Shown piece by piece: positions 58,560 to 64,000 of a DNA stretch of 64,000 nt. The notes under the pieces were generated by a model. It searched no databases. It was not told where the DNA came from and saw nothing but the letters and a program-made list of their open reading frames with translations. The DNA is from an uncultured Prevotellaceae bacterium. Lineage in GTDB: Bacteria; Bacteroidota; Bacteroidia; Bacteroidales; Bacteroidaceae. Position 1 is the first letter of the stretch. The number at the start of each line of letters is the position of its first letter. The stretch lies in NCBI GenBank assembly GCA_902800495.1, contig CADCET010000011.1, positions 4,118 to 68,117 of the forward strand. The letters are read 5' to 3'. The position numbers and the translations under genes were made by a program.

Positions 58560-61348
58560 TTCCCAAAGATGTACTTAATGTCCTCCTCCGTCAACCGCTT
58601 CGTGATGGCAGCATCGCCAGTAATGAGACTGTCGGCGAGGTCCTGCTTCTGCTGTTGCAGTAGGCGGATTTTTTCTTCGATGGTGTCGCGGGTAATGAGG
58701 GCATAACTCATCACCTTAGCCTTCTGGCCAATACGATGCAAGCGGTTGATGGCCTGCTCCTCGGCGGCCTTGTTCCACCAGGGTTCGAAGATGTAGACGG
58801 TATCGGCAACGGTGAGGTTCAACCCGACACCGCCTGTCTTCAACGTCATCAGCAGGGCACGGCAACCGGGGTCGTTCTGGAAGCGCTCCACAACGGCACG
58901 ACGGTCGCGGGTGGAGCCTGTCATCGTGGTGTAGTCGATACCCAACTCCGTCAGGCGTTCGCCGACGAGTTCGATACCGGCAATGAAGTTGAAGAAGATG
59001 ACCACCTTATGACCGCCTGCCACAGCCTCTTCCACCTGCTCGCAAAGCAGCGGAATCTTGGGCGAAGCGATGGCACCGTCGCTCAGACTCTCGGGTACTG
59101 AGGCGATACGGCGCAGTTCGGAAAGGGCTTGGAACATCATCATCTGCGACTTCTCCAACCCCTGTGTCTTGATACTCTGCTGGATGGCCTGCTGATAGTA
59201 GCGGCGGCGCTCTTCGTAGAACTGCGCATGACTGGGTTCCATCTCGACGTAGAGCGTCTGCTCCATACGGTCGGGCAACTCCTTGAGCACGTCCTTCTTC
59301 AGACGACGCAGCATAAAGGGGAATATCTTACGGCGCAGCGATTCGGTAGCCTCCTTATCGGCATCGTGCTGGATGGGCGAGGCATACTGGCGGTTAAAGT
59401 CGTCGAGTGTGCCAAGCATGGCGGGATTCAGGAAGCGGTAGAGCGAGTAAAGCTCCGTCAGGTTGTTCTCTATAGGCGTGCCGCTCAGCGCCAGACGGTG
59501 ACGACCGTTCAGCAGCAGGATGGCCTGCGTCGTCTGCGACTGCAGGTTCTTGATGTTCTGCGACTCGTCGAGGATGATGTAATGGAACTCCTGCTCGTGG
59601 AACTGCTCTATGTCGTTGCGCACTAAGGCGTAGGTGGTCAGTATCAGCTGCTGCTTCATGGCCTCTTTCAGGTCGCGCTGCTGGCCGTAGTAGGTGTAGT
59701 AGGTCAGCTGCGGCGCAAACTTCTTCAGCTCGTCCTGCCAGTTGAAGAGCAGCGAACGGGGCATGACGATGAGGGTAGGGGAGGGGTTGGAGGTGGGCTT
59801 ATAAACCTTGGTCAGCATCGTGATGGTCTGTAGCGTCTTACCAAGTCCCATGTCGTCGGCCAAACAGCCACCGAAATTATTCTCGTAGAGATAGTTGATC
59901 CACTTCACACCCTCCTTCTGATAGTTGCGCAGCTTGGCGTTGACACCCGTCGTCGAGAGCCGCTTCGAGGCCAGCTGGTTGAAGCCCTCATAGAACCCAC
60001 GATAGTGCTCGAAGGTTTTCCCTTCGAGCTTCTCCGCCAACAGGCTCTCTATCTCCGGCAGATCGAAGAACGACACCTTGACCTTGTCGCCCTTCTCCAC
60101 CTTACGGAAGATGCGCTCCAGTCGCTTCACGTATTGCTCGTCGACCAGTCCGCGCTGACCGTCGCTCAACGTGACGTACTTCTGCTTGTTATACTGCTGC
60201 AGGAACGAGCGGAGCGACATTTCCTGACCCTCGATGTCGATGGTGGCCGAGCCTTCGAGGAAGTCAATGCCCGACGACAGCTTCAGGTTCATCTTCGGCT
60301 GGATGGGCTTCACCTTGTAGTCCTTCAGCCGTTCAGCACCCAACAGCTGGTAGCGGCGCACCAACTGCGGGAGCGCCTGTAGCAGGAATGGACCGGCTAC
60401 GTCCTGCGGAATAATAAATTCGCCACCGCTGTCCCAGACGTCCTTGGCCGCAGTCTTCGTTGGCGCATAGGCGATGATGGTTTTGCGTAGTTCGGCTTCG
60501 TCCTGAGCCTCATCGGTATGTACGATGCGGCGCAGCAGCACCTGATGCTCCATTGTCAACGTGGCGAGACACGTCAAGTCGAAACGTTCAGCAAAGTCGG
60601 CATCGGTGCCTGGCAGGGTGTAGGCCAGTCGCAGGTAGAGAGCCATATCGGCGTCTACCTTCTCGATAATAATCGTCGGCACGGTTGTCACCGTCTGTTC
60701 TGAACGTATAAGCTGGTAGTCCTCGAAGTCGAGGTCAACATTGTCGATGTATGAGTAGAACACCGACAGGTATTGCTCCAACAGCGTACGGGGGAAGTTT
60801 TCCTTAAAGAAGCCAATGCGCAGATAGTTCTCGCCTAACGAGGCAATGGGGCAGATGGTGTCACCAACCAATGCGAAGACGTCGCTCAGCAACTCGAATA
60901 TTTGTGGCGGCTGACCTTCGGCACGGGCAAAAAGCATTGGCGTACATTGGCCCTTGTCTGTCAGAATCAGCAGACCTATCGTAGCGGGCGTGTCGCTCAC
61001 CTTGACAGGCTTCAGCTGGCTGTCTACGAGGTTGTCGCAGCGCAGCAGGGCGAAGAGCAGATAGGGGTAGTCGTGCAGCCGGATGCCGTTGTCTTCGTCT
61101 ATATCCCAGCTGATGCGCATCGCCTGTTCCTGGCGGATGTTGTCAATGATGCGCAGCACGTTGAACGTCTCACCTTGATACTGCTTGTAGTCAGGAGTGA
61201 TGGCGTTACCTTTATCGTCGACAACGCTGACCGTAGCACCTCGTTCGAACGTTAGCTTGAACAAGATGGTTGTCTTCCCAAGGCCCCTCGAAAGGTCTGT
61301 CGCACGAAACGCAGTCTTATGAAACTGGCTGAGGAAATTACTCTCCAT
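58556..61348 (-). CDS. SNF2/RAD54-family helicase
   Basis: 'LRNYQKEGVKW', 'LADDMGLGKTLQ', 'ILDESQNIKN', 'LSGTPIEN', 'GGVGLNLT.AD', 'QAINRLHRIGQ'. Confidence 0.93.
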   Translation of the reverse strand: MESNFLSQFHKTAFRATDLSRGLGKTTILFKLTFERGATVSVVDDKGNAITPDYKQYQGETFNVLRIIDNIRQEQAMRISWDIDEDNGIRLHDYPYLLFALLRCDNLVDSQLKPVKVSDTPATIGLLILTDKGQCTPMLFARAEGQPPQIFELLSDVFALVGDTICPIASLGENYLRIGFFKENFPRTLLEQYLSVFYSYIDNVDLDFEDYQLIRSEQTVTTVPTIIIEKVDADMALYLRLAYTLPGTDADFAERFDLTCLATLTMEHQVLLRRIVHTDEAQDEAELRKTIIAYAPTKTAAKDVWDSGGEFIIPQDVAGPFLLQALPQLVRRYQLLGAERLKDYKVKPIQPKMNLKLSSGIDFLEGSATIDIEGQEMSLRSFLQQYNKQKYVTLSDGQRGLVDEQYVKRLERIFRKVEKGDKVKVSFFDLPEIESLLAEKLEGKTFEHYRGFYEGFNQLASKRLSTTGVNAKLRNYQKEGVKWINYLYENNFGGCLADDMGLGKTLQTITMLTKVYKPTSNPSPTLIVMPRSLLFNWQDELKKFAPQLTYYTYYGQQRDLKEAMKQQLILTTYALVRNDIEQFHEQEFHYIILDESQNIKNLQSQTTQAILLLNGRHRLALSGTPIENNLTELYSLYRFLNPAMLGTLDDFNRQYASPIQHDADKEATESLRRKIFPFMLRRLKKDVLKELPDRMEQTLYVEMEPSHAQFYEERRRYYQQAIQQSIKTQGLEKSQMMMFQALSELRRIASVPESLSDGAIASPKIPLLCEQVEEAVAGGHKVVIFFNFIAGIELVGERLTELGIDYTTMTGSTRDRRAVVERFQNDPGCRALLMTLKTGGVGLNLTVADTVYIFEPWWNKAAEEQAINRLHRIGQKAKVMSYALITRDTIEEKIRLLQQQKQDLADSLITGDAAITKRLTEEDIKYIFGN

Positions 61349-61796
61349 TGTTCAATATCTGTTCGGCGTGCTCCTTGGTCTTCACTTGTTTGCCCACAAA
61401 AATCTTTTCGATGATGCCCTCTTCGTTAATAATAAAAGTGGTGCGGATGGTGCCCATCGTCTTCTTGCCGTACATCGTCTTCTCGCCCCAGGCACCCATC
61501 GCCTCCATCAGCATTCGGTCAACGTCGGCAATCAGCGGGAAGGGTAGGGAGTGCTTCTCCTTGAACTTCACGTGCGAGGCGGCAGAATCCTTGCTCACAC
61601 CAACCACCTCGTATCCGCTGCCCTGCAGTTCGCCGTAATGGTCGCGCAGACTGCAGGCTTCGGCGGTGCAGCCGCTGGTATTGTCTTTCGGATAGAAGTA
61701 GAGCACTAACTTACGGCCTTTATAATCACTCAGACGGATGTCTCGTCCCTGTTCGTCCTTGCCCAGAATCTCGGGCGCTTTATCTCCAATATTCAT
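61338..61796 (-). CDS. bcp: Peroxiredoxin Q (bacterioferritin comigratory protein)
   Basis: 'LYFYPKDNTSGCTAEACSLRD'. Confidence 0.93.
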   Translation of the reverse strand: MNIGDKAPEILGKDEQGRDIRLSDYKGRKLVLYFYPKDNTSGCTAEACSLRDHYGELQGSGYEVVGVSKDSAASHVKFKEKHSLPFPLIADVDRMLMEAMGAWGEKTMYGKKTMGTIRTTFIINEEGIIEKIFVGKQVKTKEHAEQILNNGE

Positions 61797-61887
61797 AGTC
61801 TTTTGTTTTTAGCGGTACAAATTTAGAAGAAAAAAACAATATCTCCAAAGAATTTGGTAAAAAGATGGCTATTTAGAGAAAAATGAT

Positions 61888-62240
61888 TACCTTTGCACCC
61901 GCTTTCACCCACGCCGTGCCGTCATCGACAAGAAAACGGAGCGGCGCAGAAGAGGGAGAAGCACTACATATTAGAAAAGTGTTTGCTAACGCTTTGTTTT
62001 TGGCCGTTAGAACCTGAGAAATTCGAACGTAGAGTCAAAAGCATTGCAGAAGTAGATGCTACGGGTAGGTATATACCGTCCCGTTGGCGTGCTGAGGACT
62101 AACCATGTCCTCACGCACGCTTTACGGGCGTACAATATACCAACGGCGTGGGTGTCAATTCTGCTCTGTTCATTCTACAGGTATTCTCAGGACCTTAACG
62201 GCGGACAGGCAGAAGCCAGATACCCCGCTTTCTTTATGTG
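61888..62240 (+). promoter_or_regulatory. Promoter plus ~340-nt structured 5' leader (candidate cis-regulatory RNA)
   Basis: TACCTTTG at 61888-95. Nested stems 62003-20/62184-202, 62068-74/62135-41 and 62087-99/62107-20. A competing 12-bp helix 61906-17/62143-54. U-rich end near 62235. Confidence 0.6.
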
Positions 62241-62323
62241 GTAACGCAAAAGATGAACATATTCAACATATCACGTCCCGTCTGGGTATTCTGCGGACGA
62301 CAAGTAGAAGACGGAACGGCTTT

Positions 62324-63769
62324 ATGCTTTTTAATTCGTTTGAGTTTCTTGTATTCCTGCCGATAGTGTTTCTGCTCTATTGGTTCGTGTTCCGCACGCG
62401 GAGGTGGCAGAATCTGCTGGTAGTCGTGGCGAGCTATGTATTCTATGGGTGGTGGGACTGGCGTTTCCTGCTGCTCATTGCATTCACTTCGCTCTGCAGT
62501 TTCACAAGTGGCTTGCTGATAGAACGCTACGACGGTCGGCGGCGATGGCAGCAGGTGGTGAGTGCGGGCAATATCGTGCTGAACATTGGCATCCTCGGCG
62601 TATTCAAATACTACAATTTCTTCGTGGAGAATCTCGACCGTCTGTTCAGCACCACCTTTGGCTACCACTTTGACTGGGTGACTATGGACGTTATTCTGCC
62701 CGTCGGCATCAGCTTCTACACATTCCAGGCACTCAGCTACTCCATTGACGTCTATCAGAAGAAGATTCCTGCCACGCACGACATCGTAGAGTTCTTCGCC
62801 TATATCAGCTTCTTCCCGCAATTGGTTGCAGGTCCCATTGAGCGCGCCACCAACCTGCTGCCACAGTTCCAACGCCAGCGACAGTTTGACTATGCGAAGG
62901 CGGTGGACGGCTGCCGCCAGATGCTCTGGGGATTCTTCAAGAAACTCGTCATTGCCGATAACTGCGCTACCATTGTCAATGAATCTTGGGGGCAGTACCA
63001 GGATTTTCCTGGCATCGGGCTATTTATGATCGGCGTACTCTTTACATTCCAGATTTACTGCGACTTCTCAGGCTATTCCGACATCGCCATCGGCTGTGCC
63101 CGCCTGTTCGGGTTCAACCTGATGCGCAACTTCAACTACCCCTACTTCTCGCGTAGCATTCCTGAGTTCTGGCGACGCTGGCATATCTCGCTCACCACGT
63201 GGTTCCGCGACTATATCTACTTCCCGTTGGGTGGCAGCCGTTGTGACAAGTGGAAGATTATCCGCAACGTCTATATCGTCTGGGCTGTCAGCGGTCTGTG
63301 GCACGGTGCCAGCTGGCATTTCGTCTGTTGGGGGTTATTCCACGCCACCTTGCTTGCCATTTACAACCTGTTTGGCATCAATACCAAATATAAGCAGGTC
63401 GTCGCTTACAACCGTTACCTGCCCAACGTAAAAGAAGCCCTCCAAATGACCTTGACTTTCGTCCTGGCCGTTATCGGCTGGATTATCTTCCGTGCGGAGT
63501 CAATGTCGCAGGCTGTAGACTACATCAGCCGTATGTTTACGAATCCAGTTATTGCCAGTCAGAATATGTTTGTCATCTCAGCTATACGCTGGGGATTGTT
63601 ATTCCTATTGGTAGAATGGTTCCAAAGAGACAAACAACATGCACTACAGTTTGGTAAGGCCAAAGTTTTCAACTATATGATTGTAAGGTATTGTGTTTAC
63701 GCAACTATCATTGCATTGATGTGGATTTATACAGGTAAGGTGCAAACATTTATATATTTCCAGTTCTGA
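62324..63769 (+). CDS. MBOAT family O-acyltransferase (AlgI/DltB-like)
   Basis: 'MLFNS.EF..FLP', 'LPVGISFYTFQ', 'FFPQLVAGPIER', 'QIYCDFSGYSDIA', 'FWRRWHISL', 'SGLWHGA', 'FIYFQF'. Confidence 0.93.
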   Translation: MLFNSFEFLVFLPIVFLLYWFVFRTRRWQNLLVVVASYVFYGWWDWRFLLLIAFTSLCSFTSGLLIERYDGRRRWQQVVSAGNIVLNIGILGVFKYYNFFVENLDRLFSTTFGYHFDWVTMDVILPVGISFYTFQALSYSIDVYQKKIPATHDIVEFFAYISFFPQLVAGPIERATNLLPQFQRQRQFDYAKAVDGCRQMLWGFFKKLVIADNCATIVNESWGQYQDFPGIGLFMIGVLFTFQIYCDFSGYSDIAIGCARLFGFNLMRNFNYPYFSRSIPEFWRRWHISLTTWFRDYIYFPLGGSRCDKWKIIRNVYIVWAVSGLWHGASWHFVCWGLFHATLLAIYNLFGINTKYKQVVAYNRYLPNVKEALQMTLTFVLAVIGWIIFRAESMSQAVDYISRMFTNPVIASQNMFVISAIRWGLLFLLVEWFQRDKQHALQFGKAKVFNYMIVRYCVYATIIALMWIYTGKVQTFIYFQF

Positions 63770-64000
63770 TGAAGAAGTTTCTCGTAAAAATCAGTTATAC
63801 ATTATTGCCTTTATGGCTCGCCATAATTGGCCTTGTATGTTTCTACTATCTTATAATAGAACCAAACATGCAGGGTGATTTGGGCAGATTAGGAAAGATT
63901 CCCGCAAAGCTCTTTTATGAAAGGGATAGTGACAAAACTATTAAAGACATTTATTATCCAACGATTCATAAGATCGATTCTCTGAAAGCAGATTCTTTCG
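63769..64000 (+). CDS. Partial membrane-anchored partner of MBOAT (possible AlgJ/SGNH-like), truncated by the window edge
   Basis: ATG overlaps the MBOAT stop. Reads MKKFLVKISYTLLPLWLAIIGLVCFYY...GDLGRLG and is open to the end of the window. Confidence 0.6.
   Translation, partial: MKKFLVKISYTLLPLWLAIIGLVCFYYLIIEPNMQGDLGRLGKIPAKLFYERDSDKTIKDIYYPTIHKIDSLKADSF

Noticed and set aside
59770-59800. Purine-rich gggaggggttggaggtggg tract in SNF2 (and ggaggggagtagtc near 3818) as remnants of another repeat family
   Set aside because: No complete palindrome or second copy in this window, so it is unsupported here.
62105-62323. 73-aa N-terminal extension of MBOAT, and an out-of-frame uORF at 62253
   Set aside because: The family start motif MLFNS is at 62324. 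The upstream region is structured leader, and nothing supports translation of the uORF.

Overview
Chromosomal window from a Bacteroidales bacterium, most likely Prevotella/Xylanibacter-like. This rests on TAnnTTTG promoters, T9SS-type C-terminal domains, and the frdCAB and mnmG-apt-uvrC-dtd-deoC gene order. Two parS sites flanking apt suggest an origin-proximal position. Housekeeping genes (murQ, pgeF, fhs, frdCAB, mnmG, apt, uvrC, dtd, deoC, polyprenyl synthase, polA, ychF, lgt, mutS, bcp) are interleaved with accessory modules: two ECF sigma/anti-sigma units, HigBA and split HipBST-like TA systems, a GH30, a C10 protease-LRR, an SNF2 helicase pair, and polysaccharide acyltransferases. The most striking signal is two divergent HUH/Y1 REP-associated-type transposases (RAYT-like), each fused to a C-terminal DprA/SLOG-like domain and each carrying palindromic REP-like DNA inside its own reading frame. 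One of these palindromes recurs, with a compensatory change, as an in-frame insertion in mnmG, and related palindromes sit in murQ and a TonB-type receptor. Other non-coding structure includes two large switch-like structured 5' leaders before polysaccharide acylation genes, a candidate sRNA whose 3' part recurs as a 78-bp inverted repeat around a 2.7-kb TA/ECF block, a dispersed 21-bp repeat family, a 300-bp inverted array, and heptamer arrays at gene junctions. Family assignments come from motif recognition only; no searches were run.
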